In this document: positions 39,121 through 48,168 of the stretch, in pieces
How the letters are laid out: each line of letters begins with the position of its first letter
Position numbering within the stretch: position 1 is the first letter of the stretch
Source: an uncultured Chthonomonadaceae bacterium
GTDB taxonomy: Bacteria > Armatimonadota > Chthonomonadetes > Chthonomonadales > Chthonomonadaceae
NCBI GenBank assembly: GCA_963817895.1
Contig: CAWFQB010000009.1
Span: 32,001 to 96,000 of the forward strand
Direction of reading: 5' to 3'
DNA length: 64,000 nucleotides
Translations under genes and position numbers: made by a program
Notes under the pieces: generated by a model
Told to the model about the DNA's origin: nothing
Databases searched by the model: none
What the model saw: only the letters and a program-made list of their open reading frames with translations

Positions 39121-41073
39121 ATGGGAGCGTTCAACGCATCGGAGTTTTTGAAGCAGGTGGAAGAGCAGCGCGCGCAGGACCGTTCGCTGGCATGGGAAGG
39201 CACATTTTCCGATTATCTGGAACTGATTACCAAAGAGGCGCACATTGCGGACCTTGCCCATGCCCGCCTGTACCACATGATTGTGGCGGCAGGCATTACC
39301 GACACAGACGACGGCTTGAACCGTAAGTACAAGTTTTTCGAGGAAGACTTGTACGGGGTCGAGCGCACGTTACAACAACTGGTAGAGGAATACCTTAACC
39401 CGGCAAGCCGCCGACTGGATATTCGCAAGCGTATCCTGATGCTCGTCGGGCCGGTCGGGGGCGGTAAATCCACGCTTGTCACCATTATCAAGCGCGGGCT
39501 GGAAAAGTACAGCAAGACCGAACAGGGCGCGGCGTATGCCATCAAAGGCTGCCCCATGCACGAGGACCCGTTGCACTTAATACCCGAAGATTTGCGGGGC
39601 GAATTCAAGCGCAGTCTGGGCGTGTACATTGAGGGCGACCTTTGCCCCGTCTGCCAGTACCGGCTTGACCACGAATGGGGCAGCAATATCCATAACGTGC
39701 CTGTGCATCGTATCGCGCTTTCGGAGCGGACGCGCATTGGAATCGGAACCTTCAAGCCCGCCGACCCGAAATCGCAGGATGTGGCGGAACTGACGGGTAG
39801 CGTCAACATTCAGGCATTGACCGAGTACGGACAGGAATCCGATCCGCGCGCTTACAACTTCGATGGGGAACTCAACATCGCCAACCGGGGCGTGATGGAG
39901 TTCATCGAAATGCTCAAAGCCGAAAAGCGGTTCTTGTACGAACTGAATACGGTTGCGGGCGAGCAGACGATTAAAGCAAGCCGGTTCGCGCTCATCTATT
40001 GCGACGTGGCTGTCATCGCGCACACCAACGAATACGAGTACAATAGCTACTTCTCGTCCAAAGAGAACGAGGCCATGATTGACCGTATCTTCGTGGTCAA
40101 AGTGCCGTACAACCTGCGCGTATCGGAAGAGGTTCGCATCTATGAAAAACTCATCGGGCAGTCGGATGTCAACGACAAAACCATCGGCTCGGAACTGGAC
40201 CTGTCGCGTATCCACATCGCGCCCTATACCCTGCGCGTGGCCGCCATGTTCGCCATTCTGACGCGCCTGAAAGCGTCGAAAAAAGCCGGCCTGAGCCTGC
40301 TGACCAAGATGAAACTCTACGACGGCGAACGGCAAGTCGGCGATTGGGATCAGCGCAATTTGAAGGAACTGCACGACGAGTTTCAGGATGAGGGCATGAA
40401 CGGGCTTTCGCCGCGCTTCATCATCAACCGCATATCGTCCGCGCTGGTCAAAGGCGGCAAAATGTACGTGACGCCCATTGACGTGATGCGCTCTCTCCTC
40501 GATGGCATCACGGAACTGACGGGCAGCGAGGAAGACCGCAACCGCTATCGGGGCTTGATTACCGATGTGCGTAAGGAGTTCGACGAGGCGGCCAAGAAGG
40601 AGGTGCAGCGCGCGTTCGTGTACTCCTATGAGGAGTCGGCCAAAACCCTGATGGACAACTACATTGACAACGTGGAAGCGTTCTGCAACCGCGAAAAAGT
40701 GAAGCATCCCATCACGGGCGATGACGTAGAGCCGGATGAGCGGCTGATGCGTTCGATTGAGGAGCAGATCAGCGTCACGGAAAACCAGAAGCGCGAGTTC
40801 CGCGAAGGCATCATGCGTTCGGTAGCCAGCCTGATGCGGCGCGGGCAGAACTTCTCGCCTTCGAGCGACGAGCGGCTGAAAGAAGCGATTGAGAAGAAAC
40901 TGTTCACGGACTTGAAGGACGTGGTGAAAATCACGACAAGCACCAAGACGCCCGACTCCGACCAGTTGAAGAAGGTCAACGAAGTCGTGGATCGCATGTG
41001 CAAGGAGCAGGGCTACATTCCCGAAAGCGCCAACGAACTCCTGCGCTACGTTGGAACCCTGCTCAACCGCTAA
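39121..41073 (+). CDS. prkA: PrkA/YeaG-family serine protein kinase (AAA+)
   Basis: LVGPVGGGKST, CPMHEDPLHLIP, DPRAYNFDGELNIANRG. Confidence 0.95.
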   Translation: MGAFNASEFLKQVEEQRAQDRSLAWEGTFSDYLELITKEAHIADLAHARLYHMIVAAGITDTDDGLNRKYKFFEEDLYGVERTLQQLVEEYLNPASRRLDIRKRILMLVGPVGGGKSTLVTIIKRGLEKYSKTEQGAAYAIKGCPMHEDPLHLIPEDLRGEFKRSLGVYIEGDLCPVCQYRLDHEWGSNIHNVPVHRIALSERTRIGIGTFKPADPKSQDVAELTGSVNIQALTEYGQESDPRAYNFDGELNIANRGVMEFIEMLKAEKRFLYELNTVAGEQTIKASRFALIYCDVAVIAHTNEYEYNSYFSSKENEAMIDRIFVVKVPYNLRVSEEVRIYEKLIGQSDVNDKTIGSELDLSRIHIAPYTLRVAAMFAILTRLKASKKAGLSLLTKMKLYDGERQVGDWDQRNLKELHDEFQDEGMNGLSPRFIINRISSALVKGGKMYVTPIDVMRSLLDGITELTGSEEDRNRYRGLITDVRKEFDEAAKKEVQRAFVYSYEESAKTLMDNYIDNVEAFCNREKVKHPITGDDVEPDERLMRSIEEQISVTENQKREFREGIMRSVASLMRRGQNFSPSSDERLKEAIEKKLFTDLKDVVKITTSTKTPDSDQLKKVNEVVDRMCKEQGYIPESANELLRYVGTLLNR

Positions 41074-41157
41074 CCAAATACAGGACGCGGAAGCAGCAAA
41101 CCGTCCTGCTTCCGCAACCCTTGACGAAGTTACTGTTGTTACCAAGTTGGAGAGTGC

Positions 41158-42036
41158 ATGCTGACGTGTTTGTTCTGGAATGTGAACGGCGTGGCGCAAA
41201 GCGGCAACCGCCCGCTTGCCCCGTCTGAACCGCGCTATCAGCGGCTTTCCTCTCTGCTCGTGGCGGAGTCAGTACAAACAGCATTGCATCCGTCGCTCGA
41301 CATTGTGATACTGGCAGAGTCGCCTTTCGATAGCAACCTGCCTTTGTCCGGGATGGCAGCGGCGAATACGCTTCTGCCACCAAATACAAAAACAGACTGC
41401 CAACTGGAAATCTATTATCGAGAAAGCGCTGTTGATCTGACTGCGCTGCAAAGTATCAGGGGACGCGCAACAGCACAAATATTGAAGCGTAAACAGTCTG
41501 CAAATGCAATTACCCTTGTCGCTGCGCACTTAGAAAGTCCGCAGAGAGTCAGACGCGAAGAAAATCGTAAGGAGGATGTTCGCCTCCTATCGCTCAATAT
41601 TTTAGACATTGAGCAGATGCAGCAAAACCGGCGTACTCTGCTTGTGGGAGATTTGAACTACGATCCTTATGATTTGCCTTTGTATGGAGCAAACTATCTT
41701 CACGCTGTACCCACAAAAACGCTGGCAAACCAAAAACAACGCACTGTAGACGGAGTGGAACGACCGTATTTCTACAATCCAATGTGGGGGCATTTTGGAG
41801 ACAAAGACGGTTCACCGGCAGGAACCTACTACAAACGCGCGGCTGATCTGGATTGTCGTTTCTGGCACATTCCCGACCAATTGTTGCTGCGCCCCGACCT
41901 GCTGAAATACTGGCAAGATGACTATCTTGCTGTACTGACACGTATTGGCGGACAAGACCTAATCAAAGGCGACGGCACACCGGATGCAGCATCGGTTTCC
42001 GATCATCTGCCGCTTCTGTTCTGTCTGAACCTGTAG
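41158..42036 (+). CDS. Endonuclease/exonuclease/phosphatase (EEP) family protein
   Basis: LFWNV, ILAE, AAHLES, LVGDLN.DP, FYNPMW, DQLLL, SDHLPL. Confidence 0.85.
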   Translation: MLTCLFWNVNGVAQSGNRPLAPSEPRYQRLSSLLVAESVQTALHPSLDIVILAESPFDSNLPLSGMAAANTLLPPNTKTDCQLEIYYRESAVDLTALQSIRGRATAQILKRKQSANAITLVAAHLESPQRVRREENRKEDVRLLSLNILDIEQMQQNRRTLLVGDLNYDPYDLPLYGANYLHAVPTKTLANQKQRTVDGVERPYFYNPMWGHFGDKDGSPAGTYYKRAADLDCRFWHIPDQLLLRPDLLKYWQDDYLAVLTRIGGQDLIKGDGTPDAASVSDHLPLLFCLNL

Positions 42037-42048
42037 AGAGGTACGCTC

Positions 42049-42441
42049 ATGGCTGTTGAAGAGAAAATCAAACGCAACTGGCAGATCGAAGACGAATTTT
42101 CCGAGCCGGCGAGACTGCTTCAAGAGCAGGCAAAAACGATCCGCGAAGAAACAGACGGCGTTCTTTATGGCATCGTGAAAAAAGACATTCTTCCTCCGGT
42201 CAACGGGGTTGGATATCATCTCGACGTTGGCATTGAAGGAAATGTTTTTCGTTCTTCCTCCATTTCCATACGTCACAAGCGAGATGCAGAGTACCCGGTT
42301 ATCGTTACCAACATGCTTGAAGGCGACGGTATGAAGGTAGCCGACGCCGAGGCTTTCAAGCAGCGCGTCTGCGATATTTTGCACGATTCAACCACGCTTG
42401 CGCAGTATAAGCGCATGATAGAATACGCAAAGAAGCCTTAA
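42049..42441 (+). CDS. Hypothetical protein coupled to the EEP gene
   Basis: SD gagagg; PARLLQEQA...TDGVLYG...YPV. Confidence 0.7.
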   Translation: MAVEEKIKRNWQIEDEFSEPARLLQEQAKTIREETDGVLYGIVKKDILPPVNGVGYHLDVGIEGNVFRSSSISIRHKRDAEYPVIVTNMLEGDGMKVADAEAFKQRVCDILHDSTTLAQYKRMIEYAKKP

Positions 42442-42458
42442 TCGGTAAGAAGGATTCT

Positions 42459-42794
42459 ATGGCAGCCAGCGAAAAACGGGTTCAGTTACAAATTGGAATC
42501 ATAGCCATTGTCTCTACACAAGATGACATGGATTGCGTTGAATTGTGTACCACGCCAGACGAACAGGAAGTGAGGGGTTTCAACACAAAGGGCTTTCTGT
42601 TGAAATATGGCTTGGAAGAGCATAAGGGCTTTCACCTTTTGCTCAAGCAACTCGAGGCGACTATCAGCTTGGGGATTGATCGTCAGACTTATTGCATGAA
42701 AACAGGTCAAACTGACGATTTCTTAAAAACGGTTGACCTGTTAATAGCCGACTATTTCTCTTATGCTTGTACTCGCGGCGATGCTTCATTCTGA
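42459..42794 (+). CDS. Hypothetical protein
   Basis: 111-aa AT-richer ORF with SD aagga. Confidence 0.55.
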   Translation: MAASEKRVQLQIGIIAIVSTQDDMDCVELCTTPDEQEVRGFNTKGFLLKYGLEEHKGFHLLLKQLEATISLGIDRQTYCMKTGQTDDFLKTVDLLIADYFSYACTRGDASF

Positions 42795-42880
42795 CAATTC
42801 AAGATTGCCTGTTAGAGGTGAGTGGGCGTACCATTCAACAAATTTTTCTCATTCAGCAAGTCATTCTAAAGGCGAATGCT

Positions 42881-43717
42881 ATGCGGCCTATATGGATAAT
42901 TGAAGCGGGCGTGTTCGGGCAGAACGCGGAACGGCTACGGGCGGAAGTGGAGCGGCAGGGCATGGAATGCTGGTCGGTACGACAGTACGCGCTTGCCGAC
43001 GATTCGATGGCGTCCCTGCGCGGCGAACCGCTGGCGCCTGACGATTGCGTGATTTGCTACAGCACGTTTCCGTTTGCTCAAGATGTGGAGGCGCGAGGAT
43101 GGAAATCGGGAGCGTGGTGCAGTTTCGATAATCTGGCATGTTCGATGTACTACGCTTATTTTGGGCGTTATCTGCTCAATCAGCAGTATACGCTGCTTCC
43201 CAGCCTTGAGGCCATGCGGCAACGGGAGTTTCTGTATCAGACATTTGGACGGAACGGACAGGTGTTCGCGCGTCCCAACGGCGTGGAGAAACTGTTTACG
43301 GGGCGGTGTGTTGCCGAAGAAGATTTTGCGGTTGCGCTTGCCCCGGCCCGCTATAACCCGACAACACAGGTTGTGATCGCCGCGCCGCAAACTATTGGGC
43401 GCGAGTGGCGGCTGGTGGTTGCGGAACACGCCATTGTTGCGGCAAGTCAGTACATGGAGCAGGGAAAGTTTGCCGTCGCGCCCGGTTGTCCCAAAAGCGT
43501 CCGCGAATTTGTACAAAACATGCTCAACGAAGTTCAATGGCGTCCCGACCCGATATTTATGGTGGATGTATGCGAGTCGAACGGAAATCTATATCTGCTG
43601 GAATTGAACAGTTTCAGTTGTTCAGGATTGTATCAGTGCGACATGGCCGAAGTCGTTGCCGCAGCAAGCGACATAGCCCAACAAACGCGCGTATCGAACT
43701 TTGTAGCATCCGCGTAA
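42881..43717 (+). CDS. ATP-grasp domain protein (DUF4343/R2K-like)
   Basis: FARP...KLFTG, REWRLVV, ASQY, FMVDVC, LLELNSFSCSGLY. Confidence 0.78.
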   Translation: MRPIWIIEAGVFGQNAERLRAEVERQGMECWSVRQYALADDSMASLRGEPLAPDDCVICYSTFPFAQDVEARGWKSGAWCSFDNLACSMYYAYFGRYLLNQQYTLLPSLEAMRQREFLYQTFGRNGQVFARPNGVEKLFTGRCVAEEDFAVALAPARYNPTTQVVIAAPQTIGREWRLVVAEHAIVAASQYMEQGKFAVAPGCPKSVREFVQNMLNEVQWRPDPIFMVDVCESNGNLYLLELNSFSCSGLYQCDMAEVVAAASDIAQQTRVSNFVASA

Positions 43718-43836
43718 TCTATGGATTGTTCTTTGCCTTTCTTCTGCTTTCTTTGCGGTCTTTGCGCCTTTGCGGTTTGCATCTGAATGTTTTCGTCTTA
43801 TTTTGCTTCTTTCGCGGTTAATTCAGGGAGAACTAC

Positions 43837-45001
43837 ATGCCGGAATTTTCTTTAAGTACCGATAACTGGGATTTGCATCAGCGCGCGGAACGGGACCGCC
43901 AGCGCCACAACGACAAGGTGAAAGAGGTCATCAAGCAGAATCTTGGCGACATCATCAGCCAGCAGGACATCATCACGGCGGATCAGGGCAAGATCGTCAA
44001 AATTCCCGTGCGCGGCCTGGAACTGCCCCGCATCCGCTTCGACAACGACGAGCGCGAACGGGTCGGGCAGGGCGGCGGCGGTTCCAAACCCGGCGACATC
44101 ATTGCCCGCGCCCCTTCGGATGAGGAGGGACAGGGGACGGGCAAGCAGGCGGGACAGGAACCGGGGACAGACTTTTACGAGGCCGAACTGACGCTGGAAG
44201 AGCTGACCAGCCTTGTGTTTGAAGACCTGCACCTGCCCAATCTGGAAGAGCGCGGCGTCAAGCAGATCATGTCGGAACACGCCGACTTCAACAGCATCAG
44301 CAAGCGCGGCATCACCAGCAATCTGGATCGCAAGCGGACGCTGCTGGAAGCCTATAAGCGCAATGCCCGCGAGGGCAAACCCGGCTGGACGGTGAAGAAC
44401 GAGGACCGCCGCTATAAAACGTGGGAAGTGGTGACGGAGCCGCAGCGCAACGCGGTTATCTTCGCCATGCGCGACGTGTCCGGCTCGATGGGCGAATTTG
44501 AAGCGTATATCTGCCGCTCGTTCTACTTCTGGATGCTGCGCTTCCTGCGCAAAAAATATTCCAGCGCGGAAATCGTGTTCATTACCTGCCACACGGAAGC
44601 CAAAGAGGTGGATGAAAACGCCTTTTTCGGACTGGGCGATTCGGGCGGCACGAAAATGAGCGAGGCGTACAAGCTCGCCATGCGGATCATTGACAAGCGC
44701 TACAATCCGCGCGAGTGGAACATCTACCCGTTCCTGTTTTCCGACGGCTACAACTGGGGCGATCAGGAATGCGTGGAGCTGATGAGGAAAATGGTGGAAA
44801 TCTCCAACCTCATCGGGTACGGCGAAATCGCCAACGACATCTGGAGCCAGTCGCCCTCTTTCGCGCCGCTCGGACAGGCGTATGAGGAGGCGTTCGCCGA
44901 ACGAACCGCGCGTCTGCCTGGTCAAAATCAACAACAAGGAAGACGTCTGGCCCGCCCTGCAAAAGTTCTTCAGCAAGCACCCGGAATTGCAGACTGCGTA
45001 A
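43837..45001 (+). CDS. yhbH: YhbH/YeaH (DUF444) vWA-like protein, frameshifted near 44900
   Basis: DRQRH, MRDVSGSMG, SGGT.MS, FSDGYN; the shifted frame gives the C-terminus KEDVWPALQKFF and ends at TAA 44999-45001. Confidence 0.9.
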
Positions 45002-45017
45002 GGAGACCGGTTCAGCC

Positions 45018-46471
45018 ATGAACCATAAAGACCGCGAGGAACTGGAAAAGTGGATTGACATTATCACGGAAAAGGCGGCGGAGTACGGGCTGGACTGCTA
45101 CCCGACGCACTTTGAAGTGGTTCCCGACCACGTTATCTACGAACTCGGCAGCTACAGCCTGCCCGCCCGCTTTTCGCACTGGACGTTCGGGCGCGATTAT
45201 CACCGCCAGAAGACCATGTACGATTACGGCATGGCGAAAATCTACGAGATCGTCTTCAATACCGATCCGTGCCAGGCGTTTCTGATGGACAGCAACAGCA
45301 TGCTGTCGCATAAGTTCGTCGTGGCGCATGTTTTGGGACACAACGACTTTTTCAAGAACAACAGTCTATTTCGAGCATACCGACCGGCGCATGATCGAAA
45401 AAGTCCGGCTGCACGGCAACCGTATCCGCAAGTACGAAGAAGAGTACGGCCCGATGGCAATCGAGGAGTTTCTGGATGAGGTAATCTCCATCGAGGAACA
45501 CTTCGATACCGGCCTGACAACCTCGTTCCGCCGCAAAACGCCCGAACAGCACGAAGCGGAACGCCTGAAGCCCTCCAAACCGACAACCGAATACGATGAC
45601 CTGTGGAACCTGTCCCAAACCCAGAGCGGGCCGGAGCAAACCGAAAGCGCGTAAGTTCCCGCCCGAACCCGACAAAGACCTGCTCGGTTTTTTGCGCGAC
45701 CACGCTCCCGAACTGGAAAAATGGCAGCGCGACATCCTCAACATGATCCGCGAGGAGATGATTTATTTCATCCCGCAAATGCGTACGAAGATAATTAACG
45801 AGGGTTGCGCCTCATTTTGGCATGAACGAATCATGACGAATCTGGATTTAACGCCGCAAGAGCATCTGGAATTTCGCCGCCTGCATGCGTCCGTGCTGTC
45901 GCCGGGTTCGCCCATGTCTATCAATCCGTACTATGTCGGCTATAACATTTTCCGCGACATCGAGCGGCGGTGGAATGGCGAAGAAGATAAAGAATTTCCT
46001 GAGAGCGACTGGCGGGGCGAGGAACTGCATCGTCCGAGCGGCGAAGGTATCAAGAAAATCTTTGAAGTGCGGCGGGATGAGGCCGACGTGACGTTCCTGC
46101 GCAAGTACCTGACGCAGGGATTGGTCAACAGGCTGGACATGTACACCTACAAGCAGGAAGAAGTGAACGGCGAAAACATGTGGGTGGTGCAGGAAACCGA
46201 CTGGCGCAAAGTGCGCGATACGCTTCTGGACGGCATGACCAACTTCGGTATTCCGGTCATTTATGTGGAGGACGCGGATTACAACCGGCATGGCGAATTG
46301 CTGCTGCGCCACGCTTATGACGGCAAACCCTTAGACCGGGATTACACCGCCCGCACCATGAAACACATCTTCAACATCTGGAAGCGGCCCGTACATTTGC
46401 AAACGGAATACGACGATGAAACGGTTTTGTTGTCGCACGATGGCGAGGATTTCACAGAAGAAATTCTTTAG
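45018..46471 (+). CDS. spoVR: SpoVR family protein, frameshifted near 45362 and 45640
   Basis: LPARFSHWTFG, KIYEIVFN, HVLGHNDFFKNN, YFIPQMRTKIINEGCASFWH, NPYYVG. Confidence 0.92.
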
Positions 46472-46507
46472 GGTATAGCCCAAAATCAGGGAAAGCGATG
46501 TGGGAGG

Positions 46508-46533
46508 CAGCGTCGAAATATTGGCAATGCAGC
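46508..46533. repeat. 26-bp partial third copy of the dispersed repeat end
   Basis: cagcgtcgaaatattggcaatgcagc is identical to 33380-33405. Confidence 0.75.
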
Positions 46534-46589
46534 TTTGCCACTATTTCGGTTGGAGTAGCAAGCCCTGTGGCTCACGCCGCGAGTGTTAC

Positions 46590-46621
46590 GCCTGTCAGGA
46601 CAGCCGACTGTCCTGACAGGC
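46590..46621. terminator. Hairpin between convergent genes
   Basis: 14-bp stem gcctgtcaggacag-ccga-ctgtcctgacaggc. Confidence 0.7.
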
Positions 46622-46632
46622 TGTTTTGGTTT

Positions 46633-47832
46633 CTAGCGCAGCGGGTGGTGAATATTCGCTTTTCGCGGCGTGGGTTTCACGGGTATGGGCATGGTCAGCG
46701 CTTTGAGATGCTTTGCCAGCGCGGACGCAGTTGCCAACGGACTGCCGATGCCTTCACTGGCGGGACGCCCGTTTTCTGCCGGGTACAGGTATTTGCCCTG
46801 CTCCGCGCCCGTCTTCTCCGTCTCCACGACAAGGGGATGAGCGCGGGCATACGCATCCTGCCGCGTTCCCGTCACCTGCCACGATACTTCCATGCCCGCC
46901 TTGCCGCCCGCGATCTCGAACCGGTTGCTCCGCATCTTCTGCGCCACAAACAGAGCCGGAGCCGCTTCGCCGATGGCGGTCAGCTGGTAGTGGAAGCGGG
47001 TGTTTTCCGCCTCGAACCAGTCGGGCATCTGCACGGTCGCCCGTCCGTCGCTGTCGAGGATTGTGTCGCCCGTATACAGGTTGAGTTGTTCGCTGCTTTC
47101 GATGCAGCTATGCGTGAGGTACTTGTGGGCGGGATCGAGCGGATGATCTATCTTGAAGTTCTTGGAGCCTGCGCTGAGAGTGCCGATCACCTGCACATTG
47201 CCCTGAAAGTATCCGCCGAAGCCCCCTCTGGAAGCCGTCTCGCCATATACGCCGACGCGCCCGTACCCCGCCGTTCCGAAGCCCGCATTACAATGCCCTT
47301 CCATCCCGACCGCATTGTAAAACGCGTTGTTGTTGAAGAAGTAGCCGGTGGGACTGACGTTGGAGTCGCCGATGCCGATGATGGCTGCGCCGCCGTTCGT
47401 GTTGGTTCCATACAAGCCTGCCCCGCTGCTGCCCGCGCTCGTGGTTCCATACACGCCGATGCCGCTGACGGACGCGCCGTACACGCCCGAACCGCTGGAA
47501 CCATCCCCAAACCCGTACACGCCCGTTGTGGTCGCTCCCGCATTGGCATAGCCGTACACGCCCGAACCGCCCGTGCTGGTGGCGTACAAGCCCACGCTGG
47601 CCGGATCCATACTGGCGGTACTGGCGAACACGCCATCGCTGACGTTGCCCGTGGTGGCGTCATTGGAAAACGCCGCGACAGCGCTGTTGACCGCCTCCGC
47701 ATCTCCGGCATACGGCAGGCTAAACCCGGTAGACTGGCTGATGGCGGGCTGATACGCCACGACCACACTCAGCAACGCCACACTCCCCGCCCACCGCAGC
47801 GGCAGGGGGCATTTTCGTATCCATGTCTTCAT
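46633..47832 (-). CDS. Secreted Gly-rich GVYG-repeat fibre-like protein with a C-terminal intramolecular-chaperone-like domain
   Basis: Signal peptide; repeated GSGVYG units; KNFKIDHPLDP..KYL.HS..ES...LPDWF-type C-terminal domain. Confidence 0.7.
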   Translation of the reverse strand: MKTWIRKCPLPLRWAGSVALLSVVVAYQPAISQSTGFSLPYAGDAEAVNSAVAAFSNDATTGNVSDGVFASTASMDPASVGLYATSTGGSGVYGYANAGATTTGVYGFGDGSSGSGVYGASVSGIGVYGTTSAGSSGAGLYGTNTNGGAAIIGIGDSNVSPTGYFFNNNAFYNAVGMEGHCNAGFGTAGYGRVGVYGETASRGGFGGYFQGNVQVIGTLSAGSKNFKIDHPLDPAHKYLTHSCIESSEQLNLYTGDTILDSDGRATVQMPDWFEAENTRFHYQLTAIGEAAPALFVAQKMRSNRFEIAGGKAGMEVSWQVTGTRQDAYARAHPLVVETEKTGAEQGKYLYPAENGRPASEGIGSPLATASALAKHLKALTMPIPVKPTPRKANIHHPLR

Positions 47833-47933
47833 CGCGCACTCTCCTTTTGGCAACGGCAGTAGCAAAGTAACTCGTCTGCGATAGCAGAGTAACCCATCAG
47901 AAATCATTGCCCGCTCAGGCAACACCTCCTGAA

Positions 47934-47969
47934 CACAGTATAACCGATGTTTCGTTACTACAGCGTTAC
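47934..47969 (-). promoter_or_regulatory. GTAACG-N5-GTAACG-N10-TATACT promoter, leftward
   Basis: agtata 47937-47942; cgttac 47953-47958 and 47964-47969. Confidence 0.75.
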
Positions 47970-48008
47970 AGAATATCCGTCCAGCGCGGATACGGGTCGC
48001 GCGGTTTT

Positions 48009-48065
48009 GTAACGTAATTGATGCATTTGGTAACGCTGTAGTAACGGAACCTCGGTTATACTGTG
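48009..48065 (+). promoter_or_regulatory. GTAACG-N5-GTAACG-N10-TATACT promoter, rightward, with a third upstream box
   Basis: gtaacg at 48009, 48030 and 48041; tatact 48057-48062. Confidence 0.75.
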
Positions 48066-48168
48066 CCTGACGCGGGAAGCGCGCCGAAGCGGAAGATTTG
48101 CCGCTTCCTGCGAACGCGCCCTGCGTCCCGATATGACAACAGATTATCCATATAAGGAGAACTCGATC

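Noticed and set aside
39577..41199. Long antisense ORFs (540 aa here; also 43852-44976, 46498-47862, 57878-58966)
   Set aside because: Shadow frames opposite well-supported genes in GC-rich DNA, with no recognisable motifs.
39121..46471. prkA/yhbH/spoVR as evidence of sporulation
   Set aside because: These families are widespread in non-sporulating bacteria (yeaG/yeaH/ycgB).
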